From positions 1-26,717 of the forward strand of contig NW_021834117.1 of the NCBI RefSeq assembly GCF_006345805.1: DNA of 26,717 bases. Reading direction: 5' to 3'. This stretch comes from Octopus sinensis. Its lineage: Eukaryota. Shown one piece after another: positions 1 through 10,282 of the stretch (positions are counted from its first letter, which is position 1; the number at the start of each line of letters is the position of its first letter). Made by a program: the position numbers and the translations under genes. The notes below the pieces were generated by a model. That model was not told where the DNA came from and did no database searches. It saw only the letters and a program-made list of their open reading frames with translations.

Positions 1-46
1 CAGTCAAATGACTGAAACAAGTAAAAGAGTAAAAGAGTAAAGAGTA
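1..46 (+). mobile_element. 3' tail of a family-A SINE (truncated by window start)
   Basis: CAGTCAAATGACTGAAACAAGTAAAAGAGTAAAAGAGTAAAGAGTA is nearly identical to the 3' end of the copy at 3435-3876. Confidence 0.85.
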
Positions 47-256
47 TGGCATCTCACCACGAATAGTTAAAACTATTTTACTGTAAAAAAAAAAAAATTG
101 ACGGCGGTGAACTTATTGGACATGAGGTCTTTCTGTAGAATATTGGCATCGAAAGGTTCTCAGACAGTTTGTACTACTTTTGTGTCGTTGGCATTGCTAG
201 TAAGTGTGGCTGTCTGCGTCACTGATGGCATTCTGAAAGAGCTACCAAAAACAGCA

Positions 257-264
257 GTGTGTGT

Positions 265-307
<43 letters not shown>

Positions 308-1036
308 GTGTGTGTGGTGTGTGTGTGTGTGTGTGTGCGTGTATGTGAGCGGATATCTGAATATTTGGTGAGTGACGTGAAAAGCAGGGAGAGAAAGCAG
401 AATATAAACAAATCAACACTCCAACATATATACGTATATAACGATCGATAGACAGATATATGCATGTGTGTGTGTGTGTGTGTGTGTATACATGTATAAA
501 GAAAGAGAGGAAGAGAGAGAGAGAGAGAGGCGACTACAGTCACTTCAAAATGGCGGTCGTCATTGGGAGAAGCATGATTAGCATGAAAGCGCCTCTGCTC
601 TGAAGTAAGTTCTATTGTCATCTCACACAACAAAGCTACACAAATGTTGTTCCCATAATGCTCCAGTCGAGTGTGTCAGTGTGACTTCTGTTGAAGACAT
701 ATTTCTCTTTCAATTCCCTCGACACACATATACGGAGAAATTCTTTAAAAATACACTTAAATAGAGAAAAAAAAACAGAGAAAACATCGCAAACACACAA
801 AACGTATTGGTTTGTATAGATATTACTTGTCTTAGAGTTGTGTATCTCCGTGTATACATGTATATGTATAACTATGTGTGTGTGTATTTATACATACATA
901 CATGTACACACGTTTACACAAACACACAAATATTCGCATTTGTAACTGGTTATACATTACGGGTAGAGATAAATACATGGTTAGCTAAACATAAATATAT
1001 AGATAGATAAGTAGACAGATGGGAAGATAGATAGAT

Positions 1037-1071
<35 letters not shown>

Positions 1072-1087
1072 TAGATAGACAGACAGG

Positions 1088-1163
<76 letters not shown>

Positions 1164-1495
1164 CAGACAGACAAACAAATTGATAGATACAGATATATAG
1201 ATAGTTACATAGATAGATTGAAGGAGTGATTGATTTATTGATGAGGTGTGTGTGTGTTGAAACGTGTAGAGATGCGTGTATGTGCGTGTATATATGTGTA
1301 TGTGCGTGTGTGAGTACATATATATGTCTATACAAACACACACACATTTGTGTTTATGTTGATGTATGCTCTAAAATATCTGTGTGCATTGTTATATGTA
1401 TTCATGTGTGTATGTATAAACATTTTTGCGTATGCATATGCACATGTAAACATCATTTATGCATGTGTGCATATGTGCCGATATGTAATATATAT

Positions 1496-1559
<64 letters not shown>

Positions 1560-1580
1560 CATTGTATATACATACATACA

Positions 1581-1615
<35 letters not shown>

Positions 1616-1874
1616 GTATATATATATATTTATATATGCATGTATATATACATGTAGATGTGCGGTACGTACATATATGTTTGTATGTATGCATATATTT
1701 TATTTATTACACTATATATATATATATGTATATACACATACATATATAGATATAGACATACACACACACATATTATTACATTTATATATGTATGTGTGTG
1801 TATGTATGTATGTATTTATGTCCCTATGTATGTATATAATATGTCTGCCTAAGCGTATGTAGACATCTGTGTGA

Positions 1875-1906
<32 letters not shown>

Positions 1907-1960
1907 ACACACACACATACACACACACACACATACACACACACACACGCACACACACAC
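257..1960. repeat. Compound microsatellite field: (GT)n, (GATA)n/(GACA)n at 1001-1175, (TA)n/(CATA)n at 1480-1800, (CA)n at 1875-1960
   Basis: Directly visible; explains the CV, HT, YI and SIYL ORFs. Confidence 0.95.
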
Positions 1961-2544
1961 GCAAATGAAATAATTGAACGAGGTGTAAATAGCAGAAGAG
2001 TCTCTTTTACGATGAGCAGCCTTCAATCACACTTCTCTCTCCAGATATTTGCCTTGTCGGAGTAATCTGCCGGAAAAAGCTGTGACAATTGCCAGCATTC
2101 ACACATGCGCACATTTACCGGAAGGGTAAAACATGCTGACACCTTTTTTCTCCTGGCTCTCCGCTCTTCTTTTTCCTCTTCCAACTCTATCTCTTTTTGC
2201 TATCTTTTATCTCTCGTTATTTATATTTTCTTCTTTTTAGTATTAATTATTCTCGTTCTTTCTTTCACTCTTTCTATCTTTCTTTCATTTTTTTCGTTCT
2301 TTCATCCAGTTTGTTTTACTAAATATTACTTTTTATCCCGCTTTCTGTTTTTTTTTTAATCATGAGATCTTCCTCTTCTCTTTCGATCGTCTGCTCAGCC
2401 GTTTTTATCTAGTTATTTATTTTTTGTTACATTCTGATCGTTCTTTTGTTTGTTTTACTTTATTATCTCGCATGTTCTGTAGATAATATATTCGAATGCT
2501 TTCATCTGATGTCTGCTTTTAATCTAATCTACCTGCACATCTCG

Positions 2545-2760
2545 TTACCGTACCCTGCGATTTGGCCATATCCAAGACATAAAATTCATTGAGTCTGTCA
2601 TCCACCAGTGACCATGTATGTGTCTTGGACAGGTTACACTTAATTAAGAGTCAACTCAGAGCCCAGGCCCTTCAAAATGTCTCCAAAACTGGTGGAAAGG
2701 AACGATGAAGGCATTCTTAAACTGGAGTTCTGTCCCAGATGTTTACAGCATAATGATGTC
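2545..2760 (+). mobile_element. Possible very old CR1/L2-type LINE RT C-terminal remnant
   Basis: Frameshifted pieces QDIKFIESV, QLRAQAL and VYSIM loosely recall the DI..IE.VQRR..K / EERL..L / D.I.VYKI tail of CR1/L2 reverse transcriptases; many stops. Confidence 0.25.
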
Positions 2761-3010
2761 TTCTAAAGATGTTAGGTGCTGGTGTAAAATCGGGTGACGG
2801 AGGAATTCTATCACCCATGTAGGTCATGACAGGATTTGATTACAGAACTCAAAGAGTCGGAATAAATACCACGATGCACCCAATCCCACCGTTCTTACAC
2901 TCCTGAATATCCACCGCATTGGATTGATACTTTTGATAAATTTTGAAAAATAATGAAATTTTTCAAGAATTAGATCAAATAACTTTGTTGATATTGTAAG
3001 CTGGTGCAAG

Positions 3011-3233
3011 GGTGTCAGCTGGCAGAATGGTTAGCACAACGGGAAAAGTGCTTCGCGGCGTTTCGTTCGTCTTCACGTCCCGAGTTCAAATCCCATCGAT
3101 GTCGACTTTGCCTTTCATCTTTTCGTGGTCGATAAAATAAGTACCAGTTGAGCACTGGGGCCGAAATAATCGACTAGCTCCCTTCCCCTTAAAAATATCA
3201 CGCTTTGTACCTATAGAAGAAAGGATTATTATT
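3011..3233 (+). mobile_element. tRNA-derived SINE, family B
   Basis: A-box-like AGCTGGCAGAATGGTTAG, B-box-like GAGTTCAAATCCC, shared body GTCGACTTTGCCTTTCATC...GTCGATAAAATAAGTACCAGT, (ATT)n tail. Confidence 0.85.
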
Positions 3234-3248
3234 AGCTGATATAAGACT

Positions 3249-3433
3249 GGGAACGGGCATATTCGTTAGAACACCGGCGAGACGTTTAGCGTATTTCACT
3301 CGTCATTTCGCTCAAAGTTCAAATACCACCGAGGTCGACTTTGCCCTTCATCATAAAACAAGTACCAGTCAAATACTGGTGTTGATGTAATCCACTAGGT
3401 CCCTCCCACCACATTTCAGACTTTGTGCCTATA
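3249..3433 (+). mobile_element. Diverged family-B SINE, abutted at its 3' end by a family-A SINE
   Basis: AGTTCAAATACCACCGAGGTCGACTTTGCCCTTCATC...AAGTACCAGT matches the family-B body. Confidence 0.75.
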
Positions 3434-3434
3434 T

Positions 3435-3617
3435 GGCGCAGGGGTGGCTGTGTGGTAAGTAGCTTGCTAACCAACCACATGGTTCTGGGTTCAGTCCCAC
3501 TGCGTGGTATCTTGGGCAAGTGTCTTCTGCTATAGCCCCGGGCCGACCAATGCCTTGTGAGTGGATTTTGTAGACGGAAACTGAAAGAAGCCTGTCGTAT
3601 ATATATATATATATATG

Positions 3618-3658
<41 letters not shown>

Positions 3659-3876
3659 TTGTGTGTCTGTGTTTATCCCCCTAGCATTGCTTGACAACCG
3701 ATGCTGGTGTGTTTACGTCCCCGTCACTTAGCGGTTCGGCAAAAGAGACCGATAGAATAAGTACTGGGCTTACAAAGAATAAGTCCCGGGGTCGATTTGC
3801 TCGACTAAAGGTGGTGCTCCAGCATGGCCGCAGTCACATGACTGAAACAAGTAAAAGAGTAAAAGAGTAAAGAGTA
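3435..3876 (+). mobile_element. Full-length tRNA-derived SINE, family A (CORE-like domain, internal (TA)n, (GTAAAAGA)n tail)
   Basis: A box GTGGCTGTGTGGTAAG, B box GGTTCAGTCCC, CORE-like CTTGGGCAAGTGTCTT; near-identical copy at 26063-26457. Confidence 0.9.
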
Positions 3877-4286
3877 TGTGTGTGTGTGTATTATATAATT
3901 AATATATAAGTATTAAATATGTAATAATTATATTATATATTATGGGTTTATGTTTTATTCCTGTCCGTGGAAAAAAATTGTTTGGTATAAAACTGTTTCG
4001 TGGTGTAGAACAAGTGGGGACTGCTGCTATAGGCCATGTGCTTATTGGTAGAAACCGACCTCCGATTCGATGTCCAACAGCGGATTGACCATGCTGACAT
4101 CCGAGTGTACTAGAATGTGGAAAGAATTCATACCTTAATAGGTTGATTCTCGCTGATTTGAGCGTAAATAATAAACGAGAGATTGCTATAAAGAATAACG
4201 GAGAAATTGTCTCTCTTGCGATGAATCAACGTTTGCCGTGACCAGGGCGATATATTTTAGCATTCGCTGAATACTACTTGTAAAGT

Positions 4287-4671
4287 GTGGAGGCGCAATG
4301 GCCCAGTGGTTAGGGCAGCGGACTCGCGGTCATAGGATCGTGGTTTCGATTCCCAGACCGGGCGTTGTGAGTGTTTATTGAGCGAAAACACCTAAAAGCT
4401 CCACGAGGCTCCGGCAGGGGATGGTGGTGATCCCTGCTGTACTCTTTCACCACAACTTTCTCTCACTCTTACTTCCTGTTTCTGTTGTACCTGTATTTCA
4501 AGGGGCCGGCCTTGTCACTCTCTTTGTCACGCTGAATATCCCCGAGAACTACGTTAAGGGTGCACGTGTCTGTGGAGTGCTCAGCCACTTACACGTTAAT
4601 TTCACGAGCAGGCTGTTCCGTTGATTCGGATCAACCGGAACCCTCGTCGTCGTAACCGACGGAGTGCTTCC
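4287..4671 (+). mobile_element. Full-length tRNA-derived SINE, family C, with 11-bp target-site duplication
   Basis: A box TGGCCCAGTGGTTAGG, B box GGTTTCGATTCCC; ACTTGTAAAGT is repeated at 4276-4286 and 4672-4682. Confidence 0.9.
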
Positions 4672-4696
4672 ACTTGTAAAGTACTATTAACATAAG

Positions 4697-4730
4697 ACTT
4701 ACCTGCAATAGATAGAAAATAGTTAAAAGG
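4697..4730 (-). other. Candidate recursive (zero-length exon) splice site
   Basis: Minus strand reads CCTTTTAACTATTTTCTATCTATTGCAG|GTAAGT: branch-like TTTAAC, pyrimidine tract, CAG, then a consensus donor. Confidence 0.35.
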
Positions 4731-5159
4731 CGACGACATAAGGAATGGCATACGAACTACCGAAAGAAATACTATTCAGTAAGGTATAACAAAACAAATC
4801 TCTTTTTTCATTTTCCTGTTCCAGAAAGATGATATCCTACATTAATTATTCAAAAGGAACGACATAAAAGTTTGTCATTCTACAATCTATCTTGTATGAA
4901 AATTAGCTTGTTAAATAACCAAGCATTATTTCAACACATTACAAACGGGAGAAACCGATGAATAGACAATAGTAATTGTTGAAATCTTAAGCTAATGTGT
5001 AACTTCGCTGTGTATCAGATCACTAAACCTGTCTCCCATCGAATTAACAGAAAACGTCTTTGTCCGAGCAAGCGTTCGATGTTAATTATTAAGGCTGTAC
5101 TGAGTTGCACCAATAGATTGCGTTTATAGTGTGACATCATTTTATTACCGAATATTTTT

Positions 5160-5315
5160 TATTTCTTTACTACCCACAAGGGGCCAAACACAGAGGGGAA
5201 AACAAGGACAGACAAAGGGATTAAGTCGATTATATCGACTCCAGTGCGAAACTGGTACTTTATTTATTGACCCCGAAAGGACGAAAGGCAAAGTCGACCT
5301 CGGCGGAATTTGAAC
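5160..5315 (-). mobile_element. 5'-truncated family-B SINE with the same 3' end as the tandem units at 13817-14371
   Basis: Reverse complement matches GTTCAAATTCCGCCGAGGTCGACTTTGCC...CCCCTTGTGGGTAGTAAAGAAATA. Confidence 0.9.
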
Positions 5316-5640
5316 AATTAAGGACTCTTTGCTAGAGGGCACCACACTCGAAATCAAAACTACGGCACACCCAACCACTAAAATGAACAAAGGACCATGC
5401 AAAAGCATTAATCTCAACCTTGACCTAAATAGAGCGAACCTTGACTTGGGACAGGAGTGGTGGGAATCTGAGGTCAAGCACACAAGCCTATGCACTGACA
5501 CTAACTAACGAAAAGCTAACCCCGCGCAGTTCGCTTTGAGACTGACCAAATGGACCAAATGGACAGAGCCTGAGACTGACCAAATGGACCAAATGGACAA
5601 AACCTGAAGAAGCTGCACCGATAATAGTGACAGGATGCAT
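5316..5640 (+). mobile_element. Possible 3' remnant of a second Penelope-like element
   Basis: Open frame LLEGTTLEIKTTAHPTTKMNKG...LNRANLDLGQEWW recalls the E..EIK...NRD.G..L...W tail of PLE GIY-YIG proteins; CTGAAGA-A (HHR-like 5' core) at 5604-5611. Confidence 0.3.
5537..5604. repeat. 34-bp direct tandem duplication containing an internal (GACCAAATG)2
   Basis: TGAGACTGACCAAATGGACCAAATGGACAGAGCC followed by TGAGACTGACCAAATGGACCAAATGGACAAAACC. Confidence 0.9.
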
Positions 5641-5792
5641 CTGCAATTGCCTGTAACCTGGGTAGTGGAAACATGCGTAGGTCATTGTAATATGCTGTAC
5701 AAAATTGTGAAATAAGAGAAAATATATTTTGAGGAGGACAAGTCTCTATACTCTTTATAATTATCAATAGGGATCGTGTATCACAGTGTCAT

Positions 5793-5973
5793 GATGTAAA
5801 GTGTAAAGGGGGAAGCAGATATGGTTAATCGTGGAAAGAAAAGCCTACGGAAAAGACCACGGTAACCTCGATCAATAACATGTAACATTATTGACCGAGG
5901 TTACCGTGGTCTTTTCCATAGGCTTTTCTTTCCACGATTAACCTTATCTGCTTCCCCCTTTACACTTTACATC
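5793..5973. repeat. Near-perfect 181-bp palindrome (86-bp arms, 9-nt loop)
   Basis: 5793-5878 is the reverse complement of 5888-5973 with 3 mismatches by eye. Confidence 0.95.
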
Positions 5974-6168
5974 GAAGTGTAGACCTATGAGTCGGAGAGA
6001 AGGAATTGGAGAGGGCACTTGTTCCTATGGTTTCCGGGAAATCTCGAACAGCGGGGTTCCTCGATTATCCCTAGAGGCGTTCCTGTATCAGGGCCACATA
6101 TTTATGCATGTGTCTCTTCTTTCCAGCTTTATGCTTGTCTCATCATTCGCCCTTGTAGCAAATAAATG

Positions 6169-6169
<1 letters not shown>

Positions 6170-6215
<46 letters not shown>

Positions 6216-6320
6216 TTCTTATCATCATCATCATCATCATCATCACCATCACCATCATCATCATCATCATCATTCTTATTATCATCATCATCATCATCAT
6301 CATCATCATTCTTATCATCG

Positions 6321-6369
<49 letters not shown>

Positions 6370-6703
6370 CCTCCTCCTCATCATCATCATCATCATTTTC
6401 TTGATGTGCAATGGGTTTACTACCTGTAACCATAGATATCCACATGATTCCAATGGTTATGGTGGTAGTGGTGGTAGTAGTAGTAGTAGTAATAGTTGTT
6501 GTTGTGGTAGTGGTGGTGGTAGTGTTGTTAATTTTATCTAATGTTTAATTAAATTTCCTAAACTTTGTTAAAATACTCAGTTTCTGCTCCATTGACTGAC
6601 ACAGCAGTCAGCTTAGATAATTAGATTGTGTAGTATTGGTAGTGGTAGTAGTGGTAGTGGTGACGTGATGTGATGTGATGGTGCAGTATTACTCGTACTA
6701 CTT

Positions 6704-6735
<32 letters not shown>

Positions 6736-7005
6736 GGTGGTGGTGGTAGTAGTAGTAGTAGTAGTGATGGTAGTAGTTGTGGTGGGATAGTGGTGGCGAT
6801 GTGGTGGTGTGGTAGATATTGTAGTAGCAGTAGTTGTTGTGGTGGTGGCGGTGATGGTTTTGGTGGTCGTGGTGCTGGTGGTCGTGGTGGTGGTAGTGGC
6901 GGCGATAGTATTGGCAGTCGTGGAAGTGTTAATGTAGTGGTAGTAGTGGTGTAGCGACATAGCGAGGAATTGGAAAGCAGTGACGAAGAGGTGGTGGTAT
7001 CGTAA

Positions 7006-7049
<44 letters not shown>

Positions 7050-7088
7050 TAGTAGTAGTAGTAGTAGTAGTAGTAGTAGCAGCAGCAA

Positions 7089-7149
<61 letters not shown>

Positions 7150-7162
7150 GGTGGTGGTGGTG

Positions 7163-7203
<41 letters not shown>

Positions 7204-7270
7204 GGTAGTGGTGGTGGTGGTGGTGGTAGTAGTAGTAGTAGTAGTTTTAGTAGTAGACGTTGTTGTTGCT
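6170..7270. repeat. Trinucleotide microsatellite field (ATC)n, (TAG)n, (TGG)n, (CAG)n
   Basis: Directly visible; explains the poly-S/H/M/V/T ORFs. Confidence 0.95.
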
Positions 7271-7559
7271 GTTGTAGTTACGTTGTCTTATTGCTGTTTG
7301 ATTTTTGTCTTTGATGGGTCCTGTTGTGGCTTCTTGTTATTTTGGTTATTACTGCTGTTGATGCTGATGCTGCTGATGTTGATGTTGATGTTTGTTGTTG
7401 CTGCTGCGAAACGCTTTTTCACTGCTCCTTCCTTCTTTCCCGCCATTTCCAGTCTTCCATAATTTAATAACAAATACCAATAACATTATATTAATGAAAT
7501 TTCAATTATACGTCTTTTTACAAAAAAAGCTCATTTTTAACCACTTACACACACTCACA

Positions 7560-7567
7560 TAAATAGT

Positions 7568-7598
<31 letters not shown>

Positions 7599-7608
7599 AT
7601 ATATATTA

Positions 7609-7640
<32 letters not shown>

Positions 7641-7754
7641 TCTATATATATATACATATATATATATAAACATATATATATATATATATATATATATGTT
7701 TATATATATATATATATTTTTGTATATATGTGTGTACGCATGTATGTGTGTGTG

Positions 7755-7785
<31 letters not shown>

Positions 7786-7870
7786 ATACGCATGTATGTG
7801 TCCTTGTATCTATATGTACATATATACATATAGATATGTATGTATGTACACACACACACACACACACACA
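7560..7870. repeat. (TA)n/(CA)n microsatellite field
   Basis: Directly visible. Confidence 0.95.
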
Positions 7871-8204
7871 CTGAGTTTCTAAACCATGCACATACAGCGA
7901 GAGAGAACAAACCCAAATATACTAGTTCACGGTGATCATCGCACACTCACTGCTGGCTACAAACACGTATATACACTCATATGCAATCACTATGAAGTGT
8001 TTTCTTCAAAATGCCTCTTGCAAATGGTAGACATACTCTTCCTCAACAACATATTTTAAAACCGCTTAAGGTAATTCACTCTCTCCCTCCCTCATTCCTC
8101 AAAATGTCAGTACTCCTCCACATTTATGGTGAATGTTAAATAACCAACGCTAGTTTCCTCTGACGCTTATATATATACATACATACATAAATACATACAT
8201 AGAG

Positions 8205-9450
8205 AAGCGATTTCCTGTAGATTCACTGTAACATTCCTCGAAAACAATACATTACTTTTCAACGGAAAACCTACCTCGAAGTTCGAGGCACAGCTATGGA
8301 GTTTTCGCGAACTCAGTATTGGGATACTTGGAACAAGACCTATTTTAAAAAATTGAAGAGAACTACAGCATGACCTTTAAAAGACATAGAGGACACATGG
8401 AAAAGATACCTCGATGATTGTTTCCTTATTTGGACCAAATCCCTAGAAAATCTGGAAGAATACATCACCCTCCTTAACAATCTACACCCTGGTCTCAAAT
8501 TCACAAGAGAAGTGAGCAACACACCATTACCATTTCTTAAAATAATGGTAATTAAAAACAACATCACAATCACAACTGATATTTATTGCAAAAGCACAGA
8601 TACACATCAGTACCTAAATTTCAAATCATGCCACCCAACACACACAAAACGCAACATCCCGTACTGTCTAGCCAAGAAACTTTGTACTATAGTAGAACAT
8701 TCTAATACCAGAAACACGCGACTTATAGAACTCAAGGGACTTCTGCTCAAGCAAAATTATCCTTTCCTACTTATAGAAAATACAACGAGCAAGCGAGATG
8801 CCTATAGAACAGCTTAAGACGAACCTATCAACGGAACATAATATCATTTCTAGTAACACACAATCTGCACCACCAAAACATAACATCATCAAAGCAAATC
8901 TGCCAATCATAAAACAAAGTGAAAATTTTTTCTAAAAAAACATAACTAATCAAACACTTAAGCAAAAGGCAACCACACAATCTAAAGAAACTATTAACAA
9001 AGGCAAAATTCATGAACAAACAGGATAGAACATTCACAGTATCCAAGTGTAATGATAACAGATGTAGAACGTGTCAATACATGCATATGGGTAGATCCGT
9101 TAGAACAAAAAATGGACAGATTTTTCTCAAATGCAGATAAGAACTGCAAAAGCAGAAATTTGATCTACTGCATTAAATGCCCGAATTGCAAGGAATTATA
9201 TATAGGCGAGACAGGGAATGCATTATCGGAATGCCAATGAGTCCACAGACAGCAAATCCAGAACACCAGTGTTTGCCAAATTCCACTGAGCAAACGTATA
9301 GGAACATGTGGTCAGAAAATATTTCTATTTTTTCCTTTCCACAAACTACGTGACACAAGTCAGGCTGGAAGAAAGATAAAAGAAAAACGGTTTATTAAAA
9401 TGTTCAGACCTGTTCTGAACGGAAATAAAAGCAATCATATAGCAACCAGT
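8205..9450 (+). mobile_element. Decayed 5'-truncated Penelope-like retroelement (RT C-terminal half, Cys linker, GIY-YIG endonuclease); Neptune-like
   Basis: Frameshifted translation gives FLENN..LFNG, RGTAM, WKRYLDDCFLIW (YLDD at 8407-8418), LHPGLKFT, LPFL, TDIYCKSTDTHQYLNFKSCHPTHTKRNIPY, KCNDNRCRTC and CKSRNLIYCIKCPNCKELYIGETG. Confidence 0.93.
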
Positions 9451-9626
9451 TAATGACGTGGATTAAAAGATAGAAACAAATTACAGAATATCAGTACGCC
9501 TGGCAAACAGTGCTGTTTAAGGTGCATGCGGATTGGTCAAAAAGATATTAAAAAAATTCAGCTTATTGAAGCGTTCTAAGAGGTCCTAAATTTGTCAAGA
9601 ACTCAACTGTCAGTTAAACACATTTG

Positions 9627-9666
9627 AAATCTGATGATTACTACGAACGTATGAAAGCGCTAATTT
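9627..9666 (+). ncRNA. Minimal type I hammerhead ribozyme fold in the PLE 3' region
   Basis: Stem I AAAT/ATTT, core CTGATGA (9631-9637), stem II TAC..GTA, GAA, palindromic stem III AGCGCT, NUH = CTA. Confidence 0.6.
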
Positions 9667-9769
9667 AACTTTTTGGGAATTACTTAATATTTTTTTAATG
9701 CTAAAATACCATAATAAAAAACGTGAAAACCACACCATGTTTTAACTTTATTCAACTGATATACATATA

Positions 9770-9925
9770 TATATATATCTGTGTATCTTTCTGTTGAAGA
9801 GCGTAGGCTCGAAACGTTAAAGACTTGTTTTATTTATATTTCCTGAGCGCCATACTAATACAATTGTTTGTTTGTATTCCACCTGCCTTCGTCTTTTGTT
9901 TATTTTCATAAAGCTTCCCGTTATA
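9770..9925 (+). mobile_element. Short non-autonomous HHR-bearing repeat (PLE-derived or retrozyme-like)
   Basis: Shares GAAGAG..GCTCGAAACGTTAAA and TTTCCTGAGCG..ATA.TA...TTTGTT..CCAC with 18670-18885; flanked by (TA)n and (ATAC)n. Confidence 0.7.
9786..9823 (+). ncRNA. Minimal type I HHR fold with variant core CUGUUGA-A
   Basis: TCTTT-CTGTTGA-A-GAGC(GTAG)GCTC-GAA-ACGT-T-AAAGA: 5-bp stem I, 4-bp stem II, palindromic stem III. Confidence 0.65.
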
Positions 9926-9947
9926 CATACATACATACATACATACA

Positions 9948-9981
<34 letters not shown>

Positions 9982-10070
9982 CATACATACATACATATAC
10001 ATACATACATACATATGTAAATAAAACCAAGGATGCGATGCGTTCCATGAATTAATAGGTTTAAAATCTT

Positions 10071-10282
10071 ATAGTAAATGCACAAACGAACGGAAAACAG
10101 ACACAGAATGGCAAGTTGAAAAACATAGTAAATGTACAGACAAAAGGAAAACAGATACAGAAAGTCCCCAACTCTTCATAAGTTATCGCCCAAGGCACGA
10201 AATTGCGTTTGACACTGTGGCCTATAACTGATGAGTTGGGGACCTTCTGCGTCTGTTTTCCGTTCGTCTGTGCATTTACTAT
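10071..10282. repeat. Fold-back element: ~60-bp inverted arms (10125-10186 / 10224-10282) plus a tandem duplicate of the outer left arm (10071-10108)
   Basis: ATAGTAAATG.ACAGAC.AA.GGAAAACAGA..CAGAA.GTCCCCAACTC versus GAGTTGGGGACCTTCTGCGTCTGTTTTCCGTTCGTCTGTGCATTTACTAT. Confidence 0.85.

Noticed and set aside
2030-2130. Plus-strand exon after the acceptor CTTCTCTCTCCAG
   Set aside because: The donor is weak (GTAAAA), two frames are closed, and the open frame has no recognisable motif.
4287-4365. tRNA gene (also the heads at 3011, 3435, 13775 and 23630-23703)
   Set aside because: A and B boxes are present, but they continue into multi-copy SINE bodies and I cannot fold a complete cloverleaf.
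4800-4870. Plus-strand acceptor TTTTCCTGTTCCAG
   Set aside because: All three downstream frames stop within about 45 nt and no donor follows.
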